Origin: Leucoraja ocellata
Lineage: Eukaryota
Reading direction: 5' to 3'
Assembly (NCBI GenBank): GCA_036785375.1
Contig: JAWMAR010000105.1
Location: forward strand, 2,480,001 to 2,544,000
Length of the DNA stretch: 64,000 nt
Part shown: in pieces, positions 13,100 to 27,349 of the stretch
How the letters are laid out: each line of letters begins with the position of its first letter
Position numbering within the stretch: the first letter of the stretch is position 1
Made by a program: the position numbers and the translations under genes
The notes under the pieces: model-generated
Seen by the model: only the letters and a program-made list of their open reading frames with translations
What the model was told of the DNA's origin: nothing
Database searches by the model: none

Positions 13100-13460
13100 G
13101 GAAGTTAGTTTAGTTTATTGTCACATGTACCGAGGTAAAGTGAAAAGCTTTTGTTGAGTGCTATCCAGTCAGCGGAAAGACTACACATGATTACAATCAA
13201 ACTATCCACCGTGTACAGATACATGATAAAGGGAATAATATTTAGTGCAAGATAAAGTCCAGTAAAGTCTGTTTAAACATAGTCCGAGGGTCGCCAATGA
13301 GGTAGATAGTAGCTCAGTTGTTGGTCTCTAGTTGTTGGTAGGGTGGTTCAGTTGCCTGATAAAACAGTTGGGAAGAAACTGTCCCTGAATTTGGAGGTGT
13401 GTGTTTTCACACTTCTATACCTCTTGCCTGATGGGAGAGGGGAGAAGTGGAAGTGGCCAA
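13100..13460 (-). mobile_element. Rex1/Babar-like LINE 3' end
   Basis: Reverse complement includes ctcccatcaggcaagaggtataga...cagtttcttccc and a tail ending acaataaactaaactaa. Confidence 0.7.
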
Positions 13461-14204
13461 GGAAGCGGTTCCCACGCTGTCGCACTGTGGTAGAATTAGT
13501 TGTTTGAGATTTAATCTTCAGTGCTTTTTCTAGGCCGTGACATTGCTCTTATTATATTTTTCCACAGAGATAAAAGTTGTAATACTATTTACCTCCCTTT
13601 ATTTACTCTTAAACCATTCAAAATGAGCCATTTTATAGTGAAAGCTTTATGGAGGACTGCTCTGCCTCCCACAAACAACCTAACTACTCCCAGCTAATAG
13701 AGCCTCTGGAATGTCTATAATCCCCAGACTCCCATTGCATGGGCTTTCAGGTTATAAATGACCTGCCCCACAGAAATTGTCCCATACATTTTTAAAGCAT
13801 TTATATCAAACCAGTTATAATTATACTAACAAGAAATGCAAATCGAAACATGATGTTTATTTATTTACCTTTTTCATATAAATGTTGTAACAGTGAATTA
13901 TTATCCATATCCCAGATTTGTTTGGTAGTGATTTGTGAATTCCTTAAGGCTGTATTTCTGTTAAAGTTACAGGGTCGTCTGTACTGGTCGTCTGAAAATT
14001 CACCAATTCGTTCCTGAAATATAAGAAGTGATTGAATAGGCTGGGCCTCTGTTCTAGTTGTAGATTAAATGGCTGCTAAAAGTTACCCTGACTGTGGGAA
14101 AGTAGCAGGATAATGTGAAAGGGAACAGGTTACTGGGAAATAAGAAGAGGATTGGAATAATCTAAGAGTCAGGATAGAATCAGGATGGGCTGAATGGTCT
14201 TTAC

Positions 14205-14490
14205 TTTACACTTTAGAGATAGATACTCTTCAGCTCACTGAATCCGCACCGACCAGCGATCACTAACACTATCCTAACGCACCACGGGCAATTTTACAAT
14301 TTTATTTTACCGAAGGCAAGATTTTAACCTACAAATCCATACCTCTGTAGTGTAGGAGGAAACGAGCATCCGGCGAAAACCAACATGGTTATAGGGAGAA
14401 CGTAAATCTCCATACAGACAGCACCCGGAGTCAGGATCGAACCCGGTTTTCTGGCGCTGTAAAGCAGCAACTCTACTGCTGTGCCACTGC
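14205..14490 (-). mobile_element. tRNA-derived SINE
   Basis: Reverse complement of the 8551-8832 family. Confidence 0.85.
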
Positions 14491-15089
14491 GCTGCTTCTT
14501 CTGTGTGAAAACAGAGATTGTGTTAAAAGTCAAGATTGATAGATTTCTGGACATTTTTAGGAATTAAGAGAAATGTGGAGAGGGAAGAAAGGCATTGAGG
14601 AATAAGATCAGTCGCAATCTTGTTTAATATTTGAGCAAGCATAAGGGACAACTGGCTCACTCTTACTCCTATTTCTTATATTCTATCTCCAATTAAAAAA
14701 TTGGCAGTCTGCAGTTCTATCTGGGATTTTCAACCACTCGGGTCCCACTAAACTGCAGTGGAAACCAGTTACTTGCCCTCTGGAGGACCTGCTCATGGCT
14801 AGACCCTGGAAAATGTGGATTACTTTCCGTAATTGAGGAACTATCTCACAGTCAAAGCAGACACTGAAGTTGAAGTTTACCACACCTCCAGCGCACCAGA
14901 GTAGCCTTTAGATGTTTGAAATGAATAAGATTTCAAATGTGTTCAAGATCTACCAAACAGCAATTACCCACACCTTTCAGATAGATAACCTGCAGAAAAC
15001 ACTTCAAAGTACTTCCAACGATGACTTTATGATGTCTTCCAAATCCATTGTCAGAACAAATAAACGTCCTTTCCCAAGGCCATACCTTC

Positions 15090-15352
15090 GTAGCGCCAGA
15101 GACCGAGGTTCGAAGCTGACTATGGTTGCTGTCTACATGGAATTTGTATGTTCCTCCTGTGACCACGTGGGTTTTCCCTGGATGCTCCAATTTTTGCCCA
15201 CATTCCAAAGACGTACAGGCTTGTACATTAAATGCTTTGGTAAAAATTGTAAATAGTCCTGTGTACAGAATAGTGCCAATGTGCGGGAATTGCTGGTCGG
15301 CGCTGACTCGGTGGGTCGAAGAACCTGTTTCCATGTTGTATCTCTAAACTAA
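15090..15352 (+). mobile_element. tRNA-derived SINE (5'-clipped)
   Basis: agcgccagagaccgaggttcga... family core and ctaaa tail. Confidence 0.8.
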
Positions 15353-15786
15353 ACTCCAGTATTACAGCCCTGATCACACACAACCATTTCAGATCGTGGA
15401 CCATATTGTCTGCATGCTATCCACAAGCGCCTTCCTCCAGACTCCCTCAATGGAAGAAATTTCTCACAGAGTGAAAACGCTACAAGATTCTTCTCAAAGC
15501 CAAGCAGACAGAGATCACATGCAAATGGCGGAAGGAGTGCACACCAGCCCAAATTTCCTACCCATCCCATTATACACCACTTGCCCCACCTACGGCGGAG
15601 TCTGAAGATCTTTCTGGGGTTTTCAGCCACCCTTGTCCTACCAATTTGCAGCACAAACCAGTCACTTACCATCTGGAGAGACTGCTTATGAAAACATGAG
15701 GAAAAATTGTCAATGTTTTCCACTGGTTCCTGCAGGCATATCTCAGTGATATCTGAGAATGAGATTAAAAAGTTGGGTTGGTGGTA

Positions 15787-16161
15787 NNNNNNNNNNNNNN
15801 NNNNNNNNNNNNNNNNNNNNNNNNNNNNNNNNNNNNNNNNNNNNNNNNNNNNNNNNNNNNNNNNNNNNNNNNNNNNNNNNNNNNNNNNNNNNNNNNNNNN
15901 NNNNNNNNNNNNNNNNNNNNNNNNNNNNNNNNNNNNNNNNNNNNNNNNNNNNNNNNNNNNNNNNNNNNNNNNNNNNNNNNNNNNNNNNNNNNNNNNNNNN
16001 NNNNNNNNNNNNNNNNNNNNNNNNNNNNNNNNNNNNNNNNNNNNNNNNNNNNNNNNNNNNNNNNNNNNNNNNNNNNNNNNNNNNNNNNNNNNNNNNNNNN
16101 NNNNNNNNNNNNNNNNNNNNNNNNNNNNNNNNNNNNNNNNNNNNNNNNNNNNNNNNNNNNN
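15787..16161. other. Assembly gap
   Basis: Run of N. Confidence 1.
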
Positions 16162-16181
16162 TACCACCATATATATATATA

Positions 16182-16703
16182 CTAGACCAAGTGCAGACCC
16201 ATTAGGTCTGCTCCCACACTGAAATATTCCAGCACTCACCGCGGGAGGGCGTGGACCCGAGGACCCGAACAAGGCCATGGGCGGGCATGGACCCGAGAAC
16301 CCGAGCGAGGCCTCACCGCTGCGGTCTCGATGTCTCCTTCACCGCCGCGGTCTTGATGCCTCCTCGTAAAAACCTAGCCGGTAGAAGGCCGGGTTGGAAA
16401 AAGCTGAAAGTTAATGTAAATGCGACATCACTGGAAGCTGGTGGCCACCCACTCCCCCTTGGTGGCCGCCCACCTCCTCTTTGTGACGTCACTGAAGGTT
16501 TGCCATTGGTTTTCGCTATTTTTAAAACAATATAAGTTGTGAAATATAGCATGTAATTTGAAGTGAAGCAGTTTATTTTGTCGACTGAGTGAATGTGATT
16601 AATAATGCGTGAAAATGTCTGCACTAGCGCGTGGCGTTTTGACGAAGGTAGAAAGACACAGACCATACACGTATATATACATACAAGATGGGACTTTAAA
16701 TAG

Positions 16704-16710
<7 letters not shown>
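16182..16710 (-). mobile_element. Non-autonomous Helitron in a (TA)n tract
   Basis: Minus-strand 3' end CTAG|T (16182-16185) preceded by the hairpin gcagacc-n5-ggtctgc (16193-16211); 5' end merges into (TA)n. Confidence 0.65.
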
Positions 16711-16734
<24 letters not shown>

Positions 16735-17616
16735 GCATACGTAACTCAGATGCATGGGTCACCAAATGAATGGCACAAGAGAGGGGGGCTTTAGGTTCCT
16801 CGGATACTGGTTGTGGGAGAGGTGGTACCTGTACATGAATCAGTTGCATCTTCTTCAGTCCTGTACCAATATGGTTGTGGGAAGATTTTCCAGTGACATT
16901 TAAAAGGACAGAGAAATGGGAAACTGAGGGTAGTGTGAGAAGGAATCGAGGCACAGTTGGCTTGTGGACATTTTGATTATTATCCTAATGAGAATTGCCA
17001 CTTAAATTTGATTACTTTGGCAAGAACAATAAAGAAAATGTTGCAGCTGTGCATAGATTTTGATTAATGGACGCAATGGACCTTAACTAATTTTAAAAAT
17101 TATTATTGAAGAGCAATGGAAAAGAAAATGTATAAAATCATAAAATGTGCCAAGATTTGACAATATATTGAATCGCTGAAGTAATCAGCTATATTAGATC
17201 TCAGATTCCTCTCAGTCTTTGCTGAATGGAGCACAGCTCAAGAGAGTCCAACTCCAAGGGTGTTTACCTCTCAGGTACTTCACTCACTTTCTTGCCTCCA
17301 CCACCAAACGTGGAGGCTTAGGTTATCCAGTCTTCTTCCCTCCTTATTCCTAATCACTGAAGTAAGTTGCAGAGACCCTGTCACTATCACAGCTGCGACC
17401 TGTTAACTGGGGGATAGAGCCCATGTCCTCCACAGACTACACTGCTCAATGATGGACCATTCAAGGCAACTAATCACTGAGTAATCAGAATTTCTAACAT
17501 TTCAATGGTTATAATACTATATTTGGAAAATCATAGTAATTACTTAATTATAGCGATGTTTCATTGGGACATTGACAAAATCTTAGACAAAATGTATTTT
17601 ATTTTTTTAAATAACT

Positions 17617-17885
17617 GTGGGCAACGCAGTGGTAGAGTTGCTGTCTCACAGTGCCAGAGACCAAGGTTCGATCCTGACCTTGGGTACTGTCCATATGGAG
17701 TTTGCACGTTCTCCCTGTGACCACTTGGGTTTCCTCTGAGTGCTCCGTTTCCTCCCACACTCCAAAGACGTGAGCACTTGTAGGTAATTGGCTTCTGTAA
17801 GTTGTCCCTACTGCTTAGGATAGAACTAGCATACGGTTGATCACAGGTCGGCTGGTGGGACGGTTTCCGCGCTGTATCTCTCAAA
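17617..17885 (+). mobile_element. tRNA-derived SINE
   Basis: A/B boxes and family core. Confidence 0.8.
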
Positions 17886-20800
17886 TCTCAATTTTACAGA
17901 TAATTGTGAGAAAAAAAATTAATCTTAAAATAACTAATAACAACTAACCTGCCTGTCTACCTTCAGAACTAGCAAATGCTGCTCAGATTATTGTAGATAG
18001 TGGTTTACACTAGAGAAAAATAATTCTTAAATAATAAAATATGGTAAATCATCTCAACTGTCGTTTGGCTTTGGCTTTTGTGCATAGATGTGTGCATTTG
18101 TTTCATTTTGCATTTGAGCACACCAAAAGATTTCTAGGCTCCAGCTTATTCTGCAGCTCTTTGTTTAAATCCTGCACATTTGATGAAGTGTCATTAACTC
18201 CTGGGACCAGCTGCTCCTTTCTCTGCTGGGATCGCAGATGTACATTTCAAGGCTCTAATGGTTTTGCAGCTACGTTGACAAATTTAATTTGCCCCATGTT
18301 GATACTGTAATGCAAACTCTGCAAGTAAAAACACATTCTGCCAGAAATGGAGCCAAGACATGGAAACTCTGACATGCAGCTTCAAAATACTCTTCCCAAA
18401 TAAGAAAGGCAGCAAATATGATCTCATTCAAAATTCTGCTCTGTGTATCCAATTCACTCCATTATAATCACATCATGTCATTGGTAAAAAAGAGGGATCA
18501 GTTCCTGCAGAGATATTCTAGGGAACCAGGAACAAGGTTAAAAAGTATGTAGTAGGTATGTAGAAAGGCACTGGCCCGAAACGTCACCTTTCCAACAGAG
18601 ATTCTGACTAACCTGCTGAGTCACTCCAGCACTTTGTGGGGTTTTTTCTGTAAGCCAGTACCTGCAGTTCCTTGTGTCTACAAAACAAAGGATAATGCAG
18701 ATGAGCAGGTATGCACAAGAATTTTTGATTCCTCAGACAATGGAGCTGATGCTTGTGTGTGTGGGGGGGGGGTTGTTTGCAATCGGTTGCATGCCCCTTA
18801 GATCAGTATCAATGTGGGTGCAGGAGGATTTTCCAGTGATATTTGAAAGGGCAAAACACAAAATAGATTCAGGATAAATCAAGGCGCCTAGAAGTGGAAG
18901 GTTAAAAATGGAAAACTGGGAATTAGTAAACAAATTTGGAAGGCATACTAACCAAAACTTATAAAACATAGTGATGAGCATTTTTTTGTTTATACTTTAA
19001 TTGTATAAATGAGATGTTCTTGTTAAAATATGATAACTATTTATGAAACATTTCTTAACTGGTAGGAATAGCCTCCCAACAATCCTCATTACCAACTTTT
19101 CTCTTCCATATTGAGAGAGATATCATGAAATAAAGTGTTACAATAAAAATGAAAATGCTGTTAATATCCAGCAGAGCCAGCATCCATTCCTTCTCTCCAG
19201 AGATGCTGCCTGTCCAGCTGAGTTACTCCAGCTTTTTGTGTCTATTTTCAGTTTAAACCAGCATCTGCAGTTCCTTCTTACACATTTCGTCTGTACAAGG
19301 AGAAACAGGATGAATGTTGCCAGTTGATGACCATTCATCAGAACTATAAAACGCGAGATAAAATTATATCTAAGACTGTAGCTAAATTAATTGGAACATT
19401 CCGATGAAAGGCAATTAATTTTAAATTGTATTGTCATTTTTTGCTCTCCACAGAAGTTGCCTGACCGGTTGAGTTCTTCCAGCATTCTCTGTTTTTATTT
19501 CAGATTTCCAGTATCTGCAATGTTTGAGTTTTTGGCAAAAGATTTAGATGACTTGAAGGAGGAAATGCTGGAGGGGGGTCAACTAGTGAAGCTATGCAAG
19601 TCAAATAACAGTAACCAGATAATTGGTGTTCTCTAAATAAATGGTACCTGGGGTTAAAGGCTGGCCATTTCATTCTGCTGCCTGTTATCTGTTTTTTCGT
19701 TAGTTTGACCAAAGTTTGGGAGTACATTCTGCACAATGGTCCTAAAATTGAGGCTGCAATGCTGCTAAACTGTCACCATATCAATTGTAATTAAGTAGGA
19801 ACTTCTCTCAGTCCACACGTAGAGGAAATCTCAATTTTCATTTTGTCAGTGATATCTTTCACAGGATGTTCTGCTATAGCGTCTGCAGGTGCAATCAGAA
19901 CAGTCAGTCAAGGCATTGTGGTGATATTCAATTTTTCATGCATTGTTCTTCTTGTGAATACAAATATAAAGTGCTAAATCTTGTTGAATCAGACATAATG
20001 GGTTTAAATAGCTTAGTCAATTAAAGCAGCTCTGGCCTTGAAAATCTCAATTACCAAGCAGGCTGTTTCCTCCATTCGAAATGTTAAAAACTCCCTGATT
20101 CTTATGTTGCCAATGTTTGCCAGGGGTATTCCCAATCTCTGTTCTGCTTACTGTGTAAGGAATCAAAATTGAATTAGTCAAGAGTCAAGAGTGTTTTATT
20201 GTCATGTCCTGAAACAGAACAAAATTCTTACTTGCAGCAACACAACAGATATGCAAACATAGTACTCTGTAAACACCATAATAAACAACAAAAATTTCAG
20301 TATGTGTGCATGTATATACATGTATAAAAAGGAATTGTAACTGCACTTTTATTTTTATTTCTATAAATAATACGAGTAAAAATAATAATGCAATTGCGAT
20401 TCCCTTTTATAATTTTCTTTGCTGTTTTGTGAGAATTCTTCAGTCTGATCAGCCCATTTGATGCCTTCACTGTTACTAGACAGTGGAGATAACCAACAAT
20501 TACCTTCAAGTCCAAGTTGTGTCAGAATCCATGAAATTGGCATACAAGAGTCATTAAGTCAGAAATCAAACCCTTCACCACAAATAGAAAAATCTTGGTC
20601 ACCAAGACTACATAAGGAAAGGAAGTAGTTCTGAAAAAATATATATTTATTGAGTCTGAAGAGTCACAACCCTAAAAGTCACAAGTCCATTCCCTCCACA
20701 GATTCCGCCTGACCCACTGAGTTCCTCCAGCACTTTGTGTTTTGCTCTGCAGAACGTTGTGTCTCCATTGTCCCTTAACAAACATGTGCTGCCCTCTAAT

Positions 20801-21260
20801 GGTTGTATTTCTCTCAGCAGGATCCACTGTTTCTGAGATAACTTAAGTCAAAATACAACAGATAGTTCTATTGCTAAATACTGCTGCAGCTAAGTCGTTA
20901 ACTTGCTAAAACAATGTTTTCTGCATTACACTATATGTTTCAATCATACAAGCACAAAGATAAAAAAGAAAGTCTCAGCATTTATTAACAATTGAGGCAC
21001 TTCAAACTAGAAGAAAACATTCAAAGGAGGTGAAGGATTTCCTACCTGGCTACAATTGGTATTCTGTTCAGTCATACAGCAGGAAAACAGCCCATTCGGC
21101 CCTTCATGTCCATGCCAACCAGTGGGTGCTTATCCATATTAATCCCATCTTGAGCACTTCAATGTAGAAGTTTAGTTTAGTTTAGAGATACAGCGCAGAA
21201 ACAGGCCCTACAGTGATCCCCACACATTAGCACTATCCTGCACACTAGGGACTATTTACA

Positions 21261-22223
21261 CACCGGGGCATTGGAAAAGTCCTCGTTCTTCAGGGAACGG
21301 GGATTTCCCTCCGCCACCATAGATGAGGCTCGCACCAGGGTCTCATCCATACCCCGCAACACTGCTCTCTCTCCCCATCCCCGCACTCGCAACAAGGGCA
21401 GAGTCCCCCTAGTCCTCACCTTTCACCCCACCAGCCGGCAAATACAACAAATAATCCTCCGCCATATCCGCCACCTGCAACATGACCCCACCACTCGCCA
21501 CATCTTCCCATCTCCCCCTATGTCTGCCTTCCGCAAAGACCGCTCCCTCCGCAACTCCCTTGTCAATTCTTCCCTTCCCGCCCGTACCACCCCCTCCCCG
21601 GGCACTTTCCGTTGCAACCGCAAGAAATGCAACACCTGTCCCTTCACCTCCCCCTCGACTCCATTCAAGGACCCAAGCAGTCGTTCCAGGTACGACAAAG
21701 GTTCACCTGTATCTCTTCCAACCTCATCTACTGCATCCGTTGCTCTAGATGTCAGCTGATTTACATCGGGGAGACTAAGCGGAGGTTGGGCGATCGTTTC
21801 GCCGAACGCCTCCACTCAGTCCGCAATAACCTACCTGAACTCACGGTGGCTCAGCACTTCAACTCCCCCTCCCATTCCCAATCCGACCTCTCTGTCCTGG
21901 GTCTCTTCCATTGCCAGAGTGAGCAACACCGGAAATTGGAGGAACAGCACCTCATATTCCGACTGGGTTGCTTGCGTCCGGTTGGCATGAACATTGAATT
22001 CTCCCAATTTTGCTAGCCCTTGCTGTCTCCTCCCCTTCCTTAACCCTCGAGCTGTCTCCTCCCATCCCCTCGCCCTCAGGCTCCTCCTCCTCCCTTTTTC
22101 CTTCCTTCTCCCCCCCACCCCCCATCAGTCTGAAGAAGGGTTTCGGCCCGAAACGTCGCCTATTTCCTTCGCTCCATAGATGCTGCTGCACCTGCTGAGT
22201 TTCTCCAGCATTTTTGTGTACCA
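21261..22223 (+). mobile_element. Penelope-like retroelement, 5'-truncated (GIY-YIG endonuclease region + pLTR), inserted in a tRNA-SINE
   Basis: NLIYCIRCSRCQLIYIGETKRRLGDRF is a PLE GIY-YIG motif; TSD agggactatttaca at 21247-21260 and 22224-22237. Confidence 0.9.
22130..22157 (+). ncRNA. Minimal hammerhead-ribozyme-like motif in the Penelope tail
   Basis: CTGAAGA-A-GGGT(TTCG)GCCC-GAAAC-GTC: hammerhead core boxes around a UUCG-capped stem II. No obvious monomeric stem I. Confidence 0.55.
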
Positions 22224-24769
22224 AGGGACTATTTACAGTTTTACTGAAGCCAATTAACCTTCCAACCTGTACGTCTTTGGAATGTGGGGGGAAACTGGAG
22301 CACCTGGAGATAACCCACACAGTTACGGGGAGAATGTACAAATTCCGTGCAGACAGCAGCTGTAGTCAGGATTGAACCCATGTCCTTAACACTGTAAGGC
22401 AGCAACTCTACCACTGTGCCACTTCTTCTCTATCAAAACAGAAATAATTAAAGGCTGATCTAAAATATTAAGCATATTATTTTAGATCAAGCTAAATGTG
22501 ATCTTGAGAACATTGAGAATACACAAAATAACTCTATTTCTACAAATTTATCAGTGATTTAGACCACTGATTTTTTGTCTTTGTTATTTAAACATATGCT
22601 CTGTCTCTCATTTACTCAGATAAGAGCTGGGATTAATTTCATGCATCATTTGGTCTCCAAAGCAGACTTGGTTAATCCCTCAGAAGCAGCAGATTTTAAT
22701 AATGTACCTCAGTCTAAACTCCTTTCATTATTTGATATCCACTACCATTGTACATATAATTATATTTTAGAACTTAATTGGGAGCCTGTAACCAGTGAGG
22801 GACATATCCTCTGTCACCAATGATTAGTCAAAAGACTCAATACAGCCAATGAAGAATGTATCACGCTGAAGTGTCAAGGATTAGAAATGTACATATTTTT
22901 TCTGTAAAAACATTTAAATAATATATAGCCATCAGTGCCTGTCTCGAGATTATAAATTTTGCAGTAGCAAATAATAATGTTCAAAAATATATTTTGCATT
23001 TTAGCACTTTTCAGAGCGTTACATATAATAAATTTACCATAGTGCAATTTCTATTACTATGCAGATTCATGTTCTACAAGCAGAGACAAGGTGAACCACC
23101 ATCTATTTGATGGTTCTATTCAAAATAATTGACACTAAAATATTCTAAAGGACTCACACCTAAAGCATCAACTTCTGTACTCTTTCCTCAGATAATTCCC
23201 TAGCTCATGTATTTCCAATATCCTTTTTTTTCTCTTCAGATTCCTCCATCTGTATTTTATGCATATCAGATATTTTATTTATCAAATACATTTGAATGTA
23301 TCTTTGAAACATTGCTACAGACATCTTCAGCATAATACCCTGTCTGAAGGGCACCACCTCCAGTAATACTCTCCTCCTTCATTATTGTAATTTAGGTGAT
23401 CAATTCAAACTAAATATAATTGAACACAACATTCTGGCCCAATAGAACCAATCTGGCTATCAGAGATAACAACCAATTCAGTAATGCCTCTCCTTGGTTA
23501 CAAGATGAATCTAAGTGTACGAGTGCATTTCAACGGCACAGTGTGGCATTGTATCTTCTCAGGCCAAGGTTGCATGGGGTTAATCCTCTAAAGCCTTCTG
23601 CAGTATTGAAACTCAGCAGCCTTCTCCTGACCAGAGTGTAGGCACAGCAGTTAAACAAAATTTTCAACAGTATTTATACTGACAAACATTCTCAAAATAA
23701 GCACCAAGGGAATGCAAAGGGATTTTCTTTTTTGTTTGGTATGTGGCAAGATTCATTTTATAAATTTGGTTTGGAATGTTTATTTTATGATATGATGTTT
23801 CAATTTACATGATATTCATGCAGACACCTTGATGGTCAGTGACACGGAATGTATGCTGTTGGTGAATAGGCAGGTGGAGTTGTGATTTACTGTAAACACG
23901 CATAGATGAGTTTTACAGGGACTGCTCAGATATAAAGTGACTATCTAAGTTGCTCTTCCCTTCTTCTTCCTCCACTTCTTTAAGCTTCTACAGCTCTTTA
24001 GCTAATAGCCAGGACTGTGCCCTCATGATGGTGTTCTGTCATGCATGAAATAGATTACTACAAGTCTTGACCTCACCTTTCCTCTTCAGTACTGCAGGGC
24101 ACCTCTCACGTGACGTAGAAAGTGCAAGCACTATTTTGGGGATCTGCTTTCTCACACTTTGAGCAGCAGAATGGCTTTCATTACATCCACAAAGCCTACA
24201 GAAGCATGGCCTCTGCACTAAAATCATGAACTCTGCCTTCAGCAAATAGCTATTGTGTTCCTCATCTGGAAGACCAGCTATGTTGTTTCGGAATAAAGGC
24301 CACAAAGATAATAGATGGTGACCTACATGATACACTACTCTTGGTCATACTGCAATTAGATGCTGAAGGGACTTAAATCTGCAGTATAGAGCTGATATGA
24401 GGAGTGTTTGAAGTGCTGTGTATTTACTCAATGTCACCACGTGCTATTAGGAAGTCTGAGATCCTCTGCCTGCCTATTGACAAAAGCAAATTAAATATAA
24501 TCGGTTCTTTTCAATATACACAATTGGATGTTAAATTTTGCAGTGCTGCAAATTTCTCCACTTCTGAGCATCTGGTAGGAGACAGAAACATAAATGTTTA
24601 TTCCCATTTCAACCTCAACCACACGGATTTAGTTCTGTTCTAATGTTGCATTATAACTGCAAAGGCTGATTTCAGTTAATATATAGATATTCCAATGCCT
24701 CGCACATTATTTTGTTACTCGGGTTTAAATAGGAAAATTACTCCTGGAACGCGCTGAACAGATGGGGCC

Positions 24770-25315
24770 TGCAGAATACTATTCTCCACTACGACCTTCA
24801 TGTTCTTCCAGCATATTGACTGGTTGCATCAAGGGCCTGGTTTAGCAAATTGAAAGCTCAGGAACGAAGGAGATTATAAAAAGTGGTGAACACATGGGTA
24901 CTCCACTCTACACCATCGAATGGATCTATAAGAGGAGATATCTAAAAAAAAACAGCCTAAAGCATCAAGGACCCACACCACCCTGGCCAGGCTCTCAATT
25001 AATTCCGGTCATCAGGAAGAAGATATAGGAGTTCAGGTTCAGGAACAGCTTCTTCCCAATAACCGTCAGGCTATTGAACACTACGAACTTCACGCAAAGT
25101 CAAAACAACAAACTGCCTAGGCTGTAAGAGGAACTTTGGGCTCTGCTTTGTTTTTGTGCTATATAGGGTTTTTTTATTTATTGAACTTCTTTCTTTCTTT
25201 TCTTTTTTTGTTTATTTTATTATCAATTGAGTACTGCATTTACAAACCTGTTTTCTGCTACTGCAAGTAAAAATGCCATTGTTCCATTTCGGGACATATG
25301 ACAATAAATCACTCT
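24770..25315 (+). mobile_element. Rex1/Babar-like LINE 3' fragment (decayed)
   Basis: Similar to 63580-63890, plus a tail ending acaataaa. Confidence 0.7.
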
Positions 25316-27349
25316 TTAATCTCTTGACTCTAGCTTGTCCTGTCGTGCTCCCTGCTCATTCTCCCTGTCATGATGTACTACAGTGGTAAAAGTTACTAAT
25401 GCATCCAAGTCCGGGAACATATAGCGTGTGTCCATGCAGGAAAGTAATACATTTTCAGCAATTGCTATGGTAGGTTTCTGTAGATTTCTGCACATCATGC
25501 CAACATTTGAAAGCAGCAAATGCAAGAAGAAAGAAATAGCCCAGCAACCTACTCATAAATAGCTGATGATCTCTGCAGGTGATCCTAATTAGGGATCTTA
25601 CTCACAGTTGAAGCCATGTTCAACTACGTCTGTTAAGACATGATGTTAGCAGGCAGTGTTGGAGTCAAATCAGCATTGTATGCTAGTTGACATGAGCATC
25701 TGTATATTCATACTTCCATTAGTTGTGCAGCACACACTAAAACACTCAACAATGTGCCATTTTTGCCAACCCAAAGAAAAGCCTGAATAGAATCCAATTT
25801 TACCCTATCTCATTCTTAAGTCTCAGCTGGTGCTTTTTTTTTTGCTGTAACCCTAACTATGAAGCCACTGGGAAATCTTTCCAATCTGCAGTTTTTTCAG
25901 AAGCAGGTGTGTGCCATTTAATGGACTTTCCTTTATATATTGCCAAGAAAGATCAATAAAAAAAACAAAAGAGAGAAAGAACACCTCAGTGTAGTATTTA
26001 CTTCAAAATATTACCGACACCTCCAGCTTCTCCCTCCAACCGCTATGCACATATCGTCTCAACCCTTCCTTAGGAATACATAAACAGCAATCTTTGTCCT
26101 GTGACGATTGCTTTATAATAGAAATGTCGGCTTTACTAAAAAGGTTTGACACAGGACTCTTACATGTTGCAGTCACATTGAATTAAAAGATAGTTATAAA
26201 GAAATAATATATTTTGAAATACTTAGGTGCAGGCTTGAAGGGCCAAATGGCCTCCTCCTGCACCTATTTTCTATGTTTCCTATTTTCTAAGTCACAAGGT
26301 TTCAAATGTATAATTTACTAGAACATACAACAAACAGTGCAGCACAGGCCCTTCGGCCCACAATGTCTGTATCGAACATGATTCCAGGTTAAACTAAATT
26401 TCCCGTGCCTGCACGTGATCCATATCCCTCCATCTCCTCCATACCAAATTGCCAATCTAAAAACCTTTTAAAAGCTACCATCATATCTACCCCACTCACC
26501 TGGCAGCGTTCCAGGCATCCACCACTCTGTGTTAAAACTTGCCCTGCACATCTCCTTTAAACTTTGCTGTGACTTGAACCCGAAGAAGCCTCTGTACATC
26601 AATGCTTTTAAGATCCACCATTAACTGCATACTTTTCCAATCAATGTCCCAAACTGCAACACCTCATATTTGCTCGGATAAAACTCCCTCTGCCATTTCT
26701 CTGCTAATTTCTGTAGTTGATATATATCCTGCTATATACTTTGACAGTGCTCCTCGCTGTCCCCAATCCCACCAGTTTTGGTGTCCTCCGCAAATTTACT
26801 AACCAACATATACATTTATATCCAATTTGTTCATATATATCATAATTTGTTCATATATATCACAAACAAAGGTCACTGAGGAACCTGATGGTGGTGGGTA
26901 AAAGGAATAATCTGCAAGAGGAGATAGTTGAGTCAGGTCACATTAACATTTAAAAGACACTTGGACAGTTACATGGATAGGAAAGGTTTAGAAGGATATG
27001 GGCCAAATGCCAGGGAACTAGGACTAGCTTCCATGGGGTATCTTGGTAGTTGGCATGGACGAGTTGGGCTGAAGGGCCAGTTTCGCTACAGTATGTATGA
27101 ATGAAAGTAAATTTGAGAAGATAAAATGAAGTACTTTGTTAAGATATGAATTAAAACGGGAACCGCCCTTGCAAACTGGACTTTCACGCAGCGTTGTGCA
27201 GCATCCTTACGGTTACCCGGACTCCAATTGAGTGGCCGTCCCTCGCGTTGCGGAAACCCTCGCGTTGCGGTCGAGGATGCGGAGCCGCCACCAAGCGGCC
27301 ATTCCCTCCCGCGGCGGTGCTGCCCATCGTCAGTGAGATTACGGGAAAT

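Noticed and set aside
15349-16278. Long ORFs across the N run, and an 8 bp inverted match flanking the gap
   Set aside because: Gap artefacts; cannot be interpreted.
24039-24335. 98 aa minus-strand ORF with a donor-like site
   Set aside because: No recognisable homology or clear acceptor; kept only as a weak non-coding exon candidate.
27194-27349. N-terminal extension in the ORF track for exon 1
   Set aside because: Starts at a non-ATG codon; the first in-frame ATG is at 27350.
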